DNA of 64,000 nucleotides from Patescibacteria group bacterium (GCA_015491245.1 WFWH01000002.1:3823-67822); one strand, 5' to 3'. Shown: positions 20,727-32,454, numbered from the stretch's first letter. Notes: generated by a model not told the origin, from the sequence alone. A program made the numbers and translations.

Positions 20727-20758
20727 AAGTGCGTAGGTGATTCGTGGGTGGCTAATAA

Positions 20759-23956
<3,198 letters not shown>

Positions 23957-24311
23957 GGGAAGTTGAGGATAAGGAATAAAGGCGTGGCAAAACTTTCCGC
24001 ATGGAATGCGCGGTGCGGTGCGCGCTGATACGCACAATCCCGCGCCTCGCCGGTGTGACCATGCAGCTTGCCATGTTACCCAACTTTGGGTAAAGCGCGC
24101 ATCGCGTATGCGCTATGCGACTGCATCCAGTACATTTAGTGGTAGTGGTGTTGGTGCGGATATCCGCAGAAACATGCACTGCAGCAAATCCCTTGCCGCG
24201 TGCATGCGCGCTCACTCACTTGTCTCTATGTCTCTGAGCGAATTAACGAGTAATGTAAGGTATGCAAACGCTTCTCACCCGCAACTCAATCAAATCTGTA
24301 TAGTGCAAGGC

Positions 24312-24340
24312 AGTATAAAGTCAAGGGAGTTAAATGTCAA
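24312..24340 (-). promoter_or_regulatory. near-consensus sigma-70 promoter for rpoBC
   Basis: TTGACA (24340-24335), 17-nt spacer, TATACT (24317-24312). Confidence 0.75.
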
Positions 24341-24403
24341 GCACTGTCAAGGGTGTTTTTCCACAGCCACCCAGACTCCTTCGTCCTTATGGAATACTGT
24401 ATC

Positions 24404-25096
24404 TCAGGCACCTTTTTCCTTCGCACTACCGTGCTTCTCTCTTGAAGCGGTGCGCCATGCGTCTATCTGGGCATGGTGGCCGGAGAGCAGGACTTTCGGC
24501 ACACGGTAGCGCCGCCCCTTCCACTCCAACACCTCCGGGCGCGTATACACCTCGCTGCTGGAAGGCCGCTCCTCTTCTAGCGAGGCATACGTACCCAGCA
24601 CCCCTTTCACTTGGCGCGCCACCACATCGGCAACCACCATGGCGGGCAGTTCCCCTCCCGTGGTAACGTAGGGGCCTATGGAGAGCGGTTCGGCGCGAAG
24701 TATTTTCTGTACGCGCGCATCCACCCCCTCGTAGCGGCCGCAGATCATCACTGTATGGCGATACCGCCGCGCTACGTTCTTGGCATACGCGGTATCAAAC
24801 TGGCGCCCCGACGGAGAAAAGAATATTACCTTTATCCCGCGGCGCGTGGCATTTTTTCCGCGTGCGCGCGCGAGCGCATCTTCCGCAGCACGCAGTAAGG
24901 GCAGCGCCTCCAGCACCATACCCGGCCCGCCCCCGTAGGGGCGCCGGTCTATGCGGCGCCACTTGTCGTCAGTGTAATCACGCGGATTGTAAAAGGAGAA
25001 GCCAATGATGCCCCTCTCGCGCGCGCGCTTTAAAATAGACTCATTTAAGTACGAGGCAAACGCCTGAGGAAACAAAGTGATGATATGGAAATGCAT
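24404..25096 (-). CDS. trmD: tRNA (guanine37-N1)-methyltransferase
   Basis: MHFHIITLFP, DRRPYGGGPGMVL, CGRYEGVDAR, SIGPYVTTGGELPA, YTRP. Confidence 0.95.
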   Translation of the reverse strand: MHFHIITLFPQAFASYLNESILKRARERGIIGFSFYNPRDYTDDKWRRIDRRPYGGGPGMVLEALPLLRAAEDALARARGKNATRRGIKVIFFSPSGRQFDTAYAKNVARRYRHTVMICGRYEGVDARVQKILRAEPLSIGPYVTTGGELPAMVVADVVARQVKGVLGTYASLEEERPSSSEVYTRPEVLEWKGRRYRVPKVLLSGHHAQIDAWRTASREKHGSAKEKGA

Positions 25097-25241
25097 GGGC
25101 AGGAATGGGGGGTTCTGCGCACCAACATGATACCCCACCAGCGCGTGGCGCGCGAATTTGCATGTGCAATACGCAGAACCGCCCCCTGTGGGCACGCAAG
25201 GGGCGGCTGCATCCTTCGTATGCGTGAGAGGTGTGTGCGCG

Positions 25242-25613
25242 CTAGAGCTTTAGCTCTTCCATCGCTGCATCCACCGAGTCTGCCGCGTCATCGGCGGCAG
25301 GGGAAGTCGCAGCGTGGTTCGCCGGCGCTTGCGCGGGTGTGGGTTCCTGCGCGCGGCTCATTTTGCCTCCCTCGGGCTCAAGTATCTTGAGGTTAACGCG
25401 CGCGTTGTGCTTCATTCCCACGACGCGCAACAGCGTGCGGATCGCCTTGGCGGTAGCGCCCGAGCGCCCGATCACCTTACCCATGTCCTCGGGGTGCACG
25501 TCCAACGTGAGCAATACGCCCATTTGGTCCACCGTTCGCTCCACCTTGACCTGCTCGGGATGGTCCACGAGCGCCTTTACCACATACTCAAGAAAGTGTT
25601 TGTCTGCTTCCAT
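25242..25613 (-). CDS. khpA: KH-domain RNA-binding protein KhpA (YlqC)
   Basis: LVDHPEQV, DMGKVIGRSGATAKAIRTLL; lies between rpsP and trmD. Confidence 0.9.
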   Translation of the reverse strand: MEADKHFLEYVVKALVDHPEQVKVERTVDQMGVLLTLDVHPEDMGKVIGRSGATAKAIRTLLRVVGMKHNARVNLKILEPEGGKMSRAQEPTPAQAPANHAATSPAADDAADSVDAAMEELKL

Positions 25614-25754
25614 AATGGCTACGCGAATAATCCTCCTGGTAATGCGGCGCCGCACGCGCCGCGAATGCGTGCAGTGTAGCAAAGTGCAACGCGTCTGTCA
25701 TCTCGGGGCAACGTGCTCATGTATTGCAGCCCTTTCATTGTGAGAAGAGGCGGG

Positions 25755-26174
25755 CTATGCCGTGGCCGTTTCTTTTGCGCCTTCCTCCGCGGAGGGAGCG
25801 GCGTCCTCCTCCTCCTTTTCTTCTTCTTTGGTTTCAGCGTCTGCTTCGGCTTCGCGCTGGCCGGCATCATCACTCGTGCCTTCGCCATCGTCAGTACGCA
25901 CTGGTGTTTTGCGTGGGAGCACGTTCTTCTTCTTCCCCTCTATTACGCCCGCACCGACCAAAAGGTTATAGACGGTGTCGCTCGGCTGCGCACCCACGGA
26001 AAGCCAATAGCGCGCCCGTTCCTCGCGCAGCGCCACCGTATCGGTGTGCGGATTGTAGGCACCGATCACCTCGCGGTGCTTGCCGCTTTTGGGGCCGGTG
26101 GTGTGCTCGCACACCACCACCCGAAATTCGGCATGGTTGCGCTTCCCCACACGCTGCAGTCGTATCTTCAACAT
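25755..26174 (-). CDS. rpsP: 30S ribosomal protein S16 with acidic C-terminal tail
   Basis: MLKIRLQRVGKRN, IGAYNP, WLSVGAQPSDTV. Confidence 0.95.
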   Translation of the reverse strand: MLKIRLQRVGKRNHAEFRVVVCEHTTGPKSGKHREVIGAYNPHTDTVALREERARYWLSVGAQPSDTVYNLLVGAGVIEGKKKNVLPRKTPVRTDDGEGTSDDAGQREAEADAETKEEEKEEEDAAPSAEEGAKETATA

Positions 26175-26185
26175 AGGTGCACTGC

Positions 26186-26214
26186 ACTGTACCAAAAGGA
26201 ATAGGGTACGTCAA
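26186..26214 (-). promoter_or_regulatory. promoter for rpsP-khpA-trmD
   Basis: TTGACG (26214-26209), 17 nt, TG-extended TACAGT (26191-26186), 11 nt before the ATG. Confidence 0.6.
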
Positions 26215-26262
26215 ATGATGCCGAGCCCGCAAAGCGGTAACGATCCCCCCTGTGCCATAAAT

Positions 26263-26296
26263 AAAAATGAAAAAGAGCCGGGTCCGAAGACCCGGC
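26263..26296 (-). terminator. intrinsic terminator with UUCG tetraloop
   Basis: GCCGGGUC-UUCG-GACCCGGC followed by UCUUUUUCAUUUUU. Confidence 0.8.
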
Positions 26297-26396
26297 CAAG
26301 TAGATCAGGGAGGATAAACGCTTGGGGCGAGGGTGGGCTTGCGTGCCCGCCCCGCCACCACGGTCGGGCGGATAATATACATCCGCCCGACCGTAT
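26263..26396 (-). ncRNA. candidate stand-alone small RNA (~130 nt)
   Basis: Flanked by its own promoter and terminator. Contains a perfect 14-bp stem (26394-26360), a second GC stem, and a C-rich AUCCUCCC loop. No credible ORF on this strand. Confidence 0.6.
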
Positions 26397-26402
26397 GCTT
26401 AC

Positions 26403-26431
26403 ATCGTAGGGAATATCCTTTTATATGTCAA
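26403..26431 (-). promoter_or_regulatory. sigma-70 promoter for the candidate sRNA
   Basis: TTGACA (26431-26426), 17 nt, TACGAT (26408-26403). Confidence 0.7.
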
Positions 26432-26455
26432 GGGCTCTTGGTATACTGCCGCAGT

Positions 26456-28522
26456 ATGCGCCATGCGCGAAAAAAGCAAAAAGAAAGGGAGGCGGCGCGC
26501 ACAAAGCCTCGCCACCGCACCGCGCGCCCGCGCACTCAGCGCAGCGGGGGTGCCAAAAAAGGGCGCGCGCGCCTTATCGGCCGCGTAAAGGTAACCTTGC
26601 GCGGGCGCGGATTTCTCATTGTGGACGAGGCGCGGGACGCCGATAGCATTGAAATTCCCCGCGAGTGCCTCAACACCGCTCTGCCGGGTGATACGGTAGA
26701 AGCCATGCTGTTGCCCCACAAGCGCAACGAGCCGCGCCGTGCCGAGGTGGTACGGATTCTGGAACGCGCCAAAACCCGCTTTGTGGGCACGTTCGTCCGC
26801 CACGGCGATCGCTGGTACGTGGACCCCGACGACCCGCGCGTCTATGCCGATATCCTTATTGAAACTCCCGACCAAAAGCGCGCGCGCGAGGGGTACAAAG
26901 CGCTGGTTGCCCTCACCGTGTGGGACGACCCAAAGAAGGCACCGCTGGGGCGCGTAGTGGAGGTAATCGGCAAAGAGGGTGAGCACGAAACCGAAATGCG
27001 CGCCGTGGCGCTCGCGCAAGGTTTTGACTACACGTTTCCTCCCGAGGTGGCGCGCGCGGCTGATGCCCTGCGCGCGGCGCGGGCGCGCATTTTCCGCGCC
27101 GCGCGCGCCACGCACCGCGACCTGCGCGCCCTCCCCACTTTTACCATTGACCCCGAAGACGCCAAGGATTTTGATGACGCGCTTTCCGTGCGCCCCCTTG
27201 AGGGCGGCGCCATAGAGGTGGGGGTACACATTGCCGATGTCTCCACTTATGTGAAAAAGGATGACGCCATAGACAAAGAGGCGCAGGAGCGCGCCACTTC
27301 CGTCTACCTCGTGGATCGCACCATACCTATGCTCCCCGAGGTGCTCTCCAATGATTTGTGCTCCTTAAACCCCGGCGAGGAAAAATTGGCGTTTTCCGTA
27401 CTCTTCACCTTTACCCCCGACCACACCCTCTCGGACACGTGGTTCGGGAAGAGCATTATCACCTCCGACAAGCGCTTCAGCTACGAAGAGGCGCAGCAAG
27501 TGCTGGACCGCGGCAAAGGCCCCTTTTTTCAAGAGCTCACCATCGCGCGCGACATAGCCCGCACCCTGCGCGCGGCGCGCTTTCGCGCGGGGGCCATTTC
27601 TTTTGAGACTGAGGAGATAAAATTCAAGCTAGACGCCGACATGAAGCCGGTGGACGTCCTGCGCAAAGCGCGCCAGGAAACCAATCTCCTCATTGAGGAC
27701 TGGATGCTACTCGCCAATCGTGCGGTGGCAGAGCGCATCAGTGCGGAGTGCAAACAGCGGCACCCCGAGCCCTGCGTCTGCGTGTACCGCGTGCACCCTG
27801 AACCCGATCCCGAGAAAATCATGGAACTCGCGCACTTTGTGGAGGCGCTCGGCTTTCACCTGCCCCATGATAAGGGCGTGGTGCGCGGCGAGGATCTCAA
27901 TGCCCTCTTTCGCCAGGTGGAGGGGACCGACGCGCAGGATCTGGTGGAGACGGCAGCCATACGCTCCATGGCAAAAGCGTTCTATTCCCTGAAAAATATC
28001 GGGCATTTTGGTCTCGCATTTTCCCACTACCTGCACTTTACCTCGCCCATACGCCGGTACCCCGACCTGATGGTGCACCGCATTTTAACGCGTGTCCTCG
28101 CAGGCAAGGGCACTCCTTCACGCGAGTATCGCTGGCATGAGCGGCTTGCCCAACACGCCACGGAAAAGGAGGTGGCGGCAATGGAAGCTGAGCGCGACAG
28201 CGTGCGCTACAAGCAAATTGAATACCTGCGCGGCAAGGTGGGACAGGTATTTGAGGGGAAAATTTCCGGCATTACCGACTGGGGCATATTTGTGGAAGAG
28301 CTGCACTCTAAAGCAGAAGGGCTCGTGCGCCTGCGCGACCTCACCGACGATTACTACTATATTGATAAAAAGGGCCTGCGCCTCGTGGGGCAGCGAACAC
28401 GCAAGACACTCTCCCTCTGCGATCGCGTACGGGTAAAGCTCACCGCCGTGGATATGGAGCACAAAACGCTGGAGTGGAAACTGTTAACCGTACTGCCGCA
28501 CGCAACGCCGCCCACGCGGTAA
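26456..28522 (+). CDS. rnr: ribonuclease R
   Basis: TIDPEDAKDFDDALS, VHIADVS, RATSVYL, HFTSPIRRYPDL and a C-terminal S1 domain. TGgTATACT 8 nt before the ATG. Confidence 0.95.
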   Translation: MRHARKKQKEREAARTKPRHRTARPRTQRSGGAKKGRARLIGRVKVTLRGRGFLIVDEARDADSIEIPRECLNTALPGDTVEAMLLPHKRNEPRRAEVVRILERAKTRFVGTFVRHGDRWYVDPDDPRVYADILIETPDQKRAREGYKALVALTVWDDPKKAPLGRVVEVIGKEGEHETEMRAVALAQGFDYTFPPEVARAADALRAARARIFRAARATHRDLRALPTFTIDPEDAKDFDDALSVRPLEGGAIEVGVHIADVSTYVKKDDAIDKEAQERATSVYLVDRTIPMLPEVLSNDLCSLNPGEEKLAFSVLFTFTPDHTLSDTWFGKSIITSDKRFSYEEAQQVLDRGKGPFFQELTIARDIARTLRAARFRAGAISFETEEIKFKLDADMKPVDVLRKARQETNLLIEDWMLLANRAVAERISAECKQRHPEPCVCVYRVHPEPDPEKIMELAHFVEALGFHLPHDKGVVRGEDLNALFRQVEGTDAQDLVETAAIRSMAKAFYSLKNIGHFGLAFSHYLHFTSPIRRYPDLMVHRILTRVLAGKGTPSREYRWHERLAQHATEKEVAAMEAERDSVRYKQIEYLRGKVGQVFEGKISGITDWGIFVEELHSKAEGLVRLRDLTDDYYYIDKKGLRLVGQRTRKTLSLCDRVRVKLTAVDMEHKTLEWKLLTVLPHATPPTR

Positions 28523-28608
28523 GCCCCCACATCAGAAGGAGTTGTTTTCCCTTTTCCCTCCTTTTCCGCTATAGTGAGAGGAGGTACACCAAAAGGAGGG
28601 CCATCTCA

Positions 28609-28866
28609 ATGGCATATCACGCCAAGGATGCCGCTGCCGTGCGTCCGCCGCAGCGCGCGCGCACGGTCCGCTACGTGAACCGGAAGAAAAAGAGGGAGGA
28701 GTTCAATGCCCGCGAGTACGCGTGGGTCCGCCAGGGGCGCCGGTGGAAAGGCGTCCACAAGAAAACGGGCGAGGCGGCGTACTTCGTCCTCGTGGTACGC
28801 AACCGACGCGACTTCTGGCTGCAGGTTTCTAAGCAAGAGTTTTCTCGCTTCGGCATTCTCTACTGA
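28609..28866 (+). CDS. small basic hypothetical protein (85 aa)
   Basis: TATAGT box and two SD motifs (GAGGAGG, AAGGAGG) before ATG 28609; ends TGA TAA; fills the rnr-cyclophilin gap. Confidence 0.7.
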   Translation: MAYHAKDAAAVRPPQRARTVRYVNRKKKREEFNAREYAWVRQGRRWKGVHKKTGEAAYFVLVVRNRRDFWLQVSKQEFSRFGILY

Positions 28867-28988
28867 TAATACACCAGTTCCTCACTAGTGCCCGCCGCTT
28901 CGCATCCACGACGGCGGGCACCCCTTATGGGGCCCATGCAGCTAATGCGGAAAAGCGCGCGTGCGCGCCGCAGAATAAAAACGCCGCG

Positions 28989-29738
28989 CTACTCCACCTC
29001 CACGCGCTCAATAATAACCTCCTCCACGGGGCGGTCCGCTGCATCGGTGGCGGTGTTCGCAATAGCGTCCACCACATCCATGCCCGCCACCACACGCCCG
29101 AATACGGGATGCTTGCTGGTGAGGGGCGGCTTGTTGAAATCAAGCCCCGTGTTGTCGCCCACGTTGATGAAAAATTGGCTCCCGCCCGAGTCAGGGCGGC
29201 CCGTATTGGCCATCGCGATCGTGCCGCGCACGTTAGAGAGCCCCTCGCCCTCCACGAATTCGTCTTTAATGGTGTAGCCCGGACCGCCCGTTCCCCAGCG
29301 CGCCTTCTCGCGCACATCTTTGGTCAAGGGATCGCCCGCCTGAATCATAAAGCCGCGGATGACGCGGTGAAAGCGCACGCCGTCATAGAACCCCTTGCGC
29401 GCAAGCTCCACAAAGTTACCCACGGTAAGCGGCATGCGCGCGGCGTCGAGCGCGAGCGTAATCACTCCCCTGTTGGTAATGAGCCGCGCGGTAATTTCTT
29501 GTTTTCCTTCCATAAATGATTTGGTAGCATCGGATAAATCATCAAAAGTACGTACGGCACTTTTAGCACGGGCGCTGGGGCGCGCCTCTCCCGCGCGATC
29601 GCGCGCATCCGCCGCTGCATTGGGTGCAACGTCACTGACTGGATTTTCATTGCCCAACCATACCGGCGCGCGCGAGAGCGCAAAGAGTGCCACAAGAAGC
29701 ACGATAACAATGATACTGATACGTGTGAGCTGCTGCAT
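28989..29738 (-). CDS. membrane-anchored cyclophilin-type peptidyl-prolyl isomerase
   Basis: N-terminal TM; GFYDGVRFHRVIRGFMIQAGDP, RGTIAMAN, SQFFIN, HPVFGRV. Confidence 0.93.
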   Translation of the reverse strand: MQQLTRISIIVIVLLVALFALSRAPVWLGNENPVSDVAPNAAADARDRAGEARPSARAKSAVRTFDDLSDATKSFMEGKQEITARLITNRGVITLALDAARMPLTVGNFVELARKGFYDGVRFHRVIRGFMIQAGDPLTKDVREKARWGTGGPGYTIKDEFVEGEGLSNVRGTIAMANTGRPDSGGSQFFINVGDNTGLDFNKPPLTSKHPVFGRVVAGMDVVDAIANTATDAADRPVEEVIIERVEVE

Positions 29739-29837
29739 GGCGGCTATTGTAGCAAAAGCCCCAAAAGAATAAAACTGCGGCGGGCGGGGCGCGCGTCGCA
29801 GCTAATCCACATTTTTCTTATGTTAGTTTTTAAAAAT

Positions 29838-29981
29838 TTAAAATCCAACCAAACCGCCCTCCGCAAGGAGGGCAAGCACCGCAGCGACCCACAATATGGT
29901 GCGCCGCACGAGCGTCGGAATATCAAGCTCCGACGTTCGTTTGTCTTCTTCCCTTATTAGGGAAGAAAATAGATCATCCAT
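29838..29981 (-). CDS. unannotated 47-aa peptide with a hydrophobic C-terminal helix
   Basis: Manual translation MDDLFSSLIREEDKRTSELDIPTLVRRTILWVAAVLALLAEGGLVGF*. SD GGGGAGG 4 nt before the ATG; promoter-like boxes upstream. Confidence 0.6.
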   Translation of the reverse strand: MDDLFSSLIREEDKRTSELDIPTLVRRTILWVAAVLALLAEGGLVGF

Positions 29982-30031
29982 TTTTCCTCCCCTTCTTTCA
30001 GCACCCCTCCCGCAGGGGCGCCTCTGTCCCC

Positions 30032-30059
30032 GTTATACTCCTCTCGCACCAAGATGCAA
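30032..30059 (-). promoter_or_regulatory. putative promoter for the 47-aa peptide
   Basis: TTGCAT (30059-30054), 16 nt, TATAAC (30037-30032). Confidence 0.45.
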
Positions 30060-30183
30060 GCAAAACTGTGCACAGGCCCCATACGCAAAAAACGCGCACC
30101 GGTGCGGTTTCTTCGGCGCAAGGGCCGCGGGGTCTGCGGCACCAAAAGTGCAGGAGGCAGCGCATCGCTGCCGCGCACTCACG

Positions 30184-32454
30184 CTATTTGGCAAATTGTG
30201 CCCCTTCTTCAAACTTTACGGAGAGCACGCGCGACACCCCGTCAGCGGCCATGGTAATACCGTAGAGCACGCCGGCGCGGCTCATGGTTTCGCGGTTATG
30301 GGTAATGACGATAAGCTGGGACTCCTTCGCGAGCTCCTCCAGCATATCGCCATAGCGGCGCGAGTTCGCCTCGTCCAGCGCCGCATCCGTTTCATCCAAA
30401 ATTAAGAACGGAGGCGGGTTCACGCGGCTCATGGCAAAAATAAGCGCTATGGAGGTGAGTGCGCGCTCGCCGCCCGAGAGCATCATAAGCCCCTTTACGC
30501 GCTTGCGCGGCAACGACACGGCAACTTCCACCCCCACCTCAGCAAGCTCACTTTCTTCCTCATCTTCTCCCGGCATGGCTTCCTCTTCCTCCACTCCCGT
30601 ACGCGGCGTGCGCCTTTTTTCCCGTACCACCTTGAGGGACGCTTTGCCGCCGCCGAACATAAGCGTAAAGAACGTATGGAACGCCTCTGATATTTTCTCA
30701 ATGCCCTGCAGGAATTTTTCCTCCAATTCTCTGTCCAAATCTTCTATCAAGGAGCGCAGCGAAGCGGCGGACGCTTCCAGATCCTTTAATTCCCTTTCCA
30801 AAAACGCGTCGCGTTCTTTAACCTCCTCATACTCCCGCATAATCTCGTCGGCATTGGCGCCGCCCAGCTCCTCCAGCCGTATCTTCATGCGCTCCAGCTC
30901 TTTGCGGCGCTTCTCCTGCGCCGTACGCTCTTCGGCAAGCAGCTCTTCCAGAGGCACTGCTTCCCCCGCGGCGTCTTCCAGGGACACCTCGCGGTACCGA
31001 GCAGCGCCCCGCCCCAAAAGCGCCACCGCCTCGGCAAGTTCGCGCTTGAACGCTTCGCGGTCGCGCGCCAGCTGTGCGGCGCGCGCTTCCAGCGAAGAGA
31101 GCGTCAGCTGTACCTCGTTATGCTCCTGCATGAGTGCGAAGAGCTCACGCTCCTGTGTGCGCCCCTCTTCATGCGCGCGTACCATTGCCTCCTGAGCCGC
31201 GCGAGAACGCGCTTCTAGCTGCGCGGCGCGCGCTTTTACCTTCTCGAGCGCCCGCTCCGCCTTTGCGTATTCGTGCTCAAGGCGCCGCAAAGGTTTGTGG
31301 TCGGGTGCTGCGGGGCGCGCCGCGCGGTGCGTGCGGAGAAATTTTTCCAACAGGCCGCGAATATGCGCGGCGATGCGTCGCGCCCGGGAGATGTCTTCTT
31401 CCTGCTCCAGCGCCGCGAGCGACTCGTCCGCCTCGCGCACCAGCGTCTCCACTGCCCCCATCGGCACCGTGGCGTGCGCGGCATCTTGTGCGCGGCGCGC
31501 CTCGTCGGCAATGCGGCGCTTTTCAAACGCAATCTGCCCCTCCAGCGATCCCAGGGTGCGGTTCAAGCGCTCGCGCTCCTCGCGCACTTCACGAAGTTCT
31601 TTTTCCAGCGCGAGCACTTCGGCGCGCGCAGCGTCATCTTCCTCTTGCTTTTCCAACGCGGCACGCAAATGGGCAATGCGGCGGGAGAGCTCCCGTGCGC
31701 GGCGCTCCGGTTCTTCGCGCGCGGCGGCAATCGCCTCCGCCTCCGCCTCTAAATAACGCTCCTCACGCTTGAGGTACTCTGCGTACCGTACCTCCAGTTC
31801 CTCACGCAGGGACAACGCCTTCTTCAGTTTCGCCACTTGGCGCTCCAGAAAGGAAAGGTGCGGCTTATTTTCGCGCCGGAGCGCCTCCACCTGCTGTTTG
31901 TTTTCCTCCGTTTTTGCGAGTTTCTTTTCACTCTCCCGTATCTTGTAGTGAAAAATGCGCAGCCCCAGCGCATCCTCTATCATGGCGCGGCGCTCGCGCG
32001 GCGAGGCCGCCAGCACCCTATCGGCCTCTCCTTGGGAAATAATATGGTGCCCCGACGCGCCGATGTGGGCGCGCGCGAGCAATTCGGTAACGTCCTTGAG
32101 CCGCACGCGCGACCCGTTAATGAAATACTCATTCGTGCCGTCACGATACACGGCGCGCTCCAAAACCACTGCATCAAAATCCAGCGCTAAGGTGCGGTCG
32201 CGGTTGTCAAATTCCACCCGCACCGCCGCGCGGTTTAGGCGGCCGTTTTCTCCGGTATAGATAAGGTCTTCCCCCTTTTTGCCGCGCAGGGATTTGATGG
32301 ATTGCTCCCCCAGTACAAAGCGGAACGCTTCGGCAACGTTGCTCTTGCCGGACCCGTTAGGGCCCACGATGGCGGTAATGGGCGCGGAAAAGTCAAAGTC
32401 GCTTTTTTTAGCAAAAGACTTAAACCCACTGAGCTCAAGGCGTGTGAGGCGCAT
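30184..32454 (-). CDS. smc: short SMC-family chromosome segregation ATPase (756 aa)
   Basis: GFKSF, VGPNGSGKSN, ISQG Q-loop, coiled coils, LSGGE, LDETDAALD, ITH; directly downstream of rnc. Confidence 0.85.
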   Translation of the reverse strand: MRLTRLELSGFKSFAKKSDFDFSAPITAIVGPNGSGKSNVAEAFRFVLGEQSIKSLRGKKGEDLIYTGENGRLNRAAVRVEFDNRDRTLALDFDAVVLERAVYRDGTNEYFINGSRVRLKDVTELLARAHIGASGHHIISQGEADRVLAASPRERRAMIEDALGLRIFHYKIRESEKKLAKTEENKQQVEALRRENKPHLSFLERQVAKLKKALSLREELEVRYAEYLKREERYLEAEAEAIAAAREEPERRARELSRRIAHLRAALEKQEEDDAARAEVLALEKELREVREERERLNRTLGSLEGQIAFEKRRIADEARRAQDAAHATVPMGAVETLVREADESLAALEQEEDISRARRIAAHIRGLLEKFLRTHRAARPAAPDHKPLRRLEHEYAKAERALEKVKARAAQLEARSRAAQEAMVRAHEEGRTQERELFALMQEHNEVQLTLSSLEARAAQLARDREAFKRELAEAVALLGRGAARYREVSLEDAAGEAVPLEELLAEERTAQEKRRKELERMKIRLEELGGANADEIMREYEEVKERDAFLERELKDLEASAASLRSLIEDLDRELEEKFLQGIEKISEAFHTFFTLMFGGGKASLKVVREKRRTPRTGVEEEEAMPGEDEEESELAEVGVEVAVSLPRKRVKGLMMLSGGERALTSIALIFAMSRVNPPPFLILDETDAALDEANSRRYGDMLEELAKESQLIVITHNRETMSRAGVLYGITMAADGVSRVLSVKFEEGAQFAK

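Noticed and set aside
26322-26375. 17-codon + strand ORF (TTG, MGRGWACVPAPPPRSGG) behind AGGGAGG
   Set aside because: Weak start, no + strand promoter seen, peptide unremarkable; promoter and terminator signals favour a - strand RNA.
26263-26396. SRP RNA or 6S RNA as the identity of the sRNA upstream of rpsP
   Set aside because: No SRP domain IV motif (GGAA tetraloop with CAGG/AGCA internal loop) and no single long rod with a central bubble.
29815-29875. cis-antisense RNA opposite the 47-aa peptide (TAAAAT box, GCAA-capped hairpin on +)
   Set aside because: The -35 is poor, the region is simply AT-rich and most G-U pairs favour the - strand. Not supportable without stranded RNA-seq.
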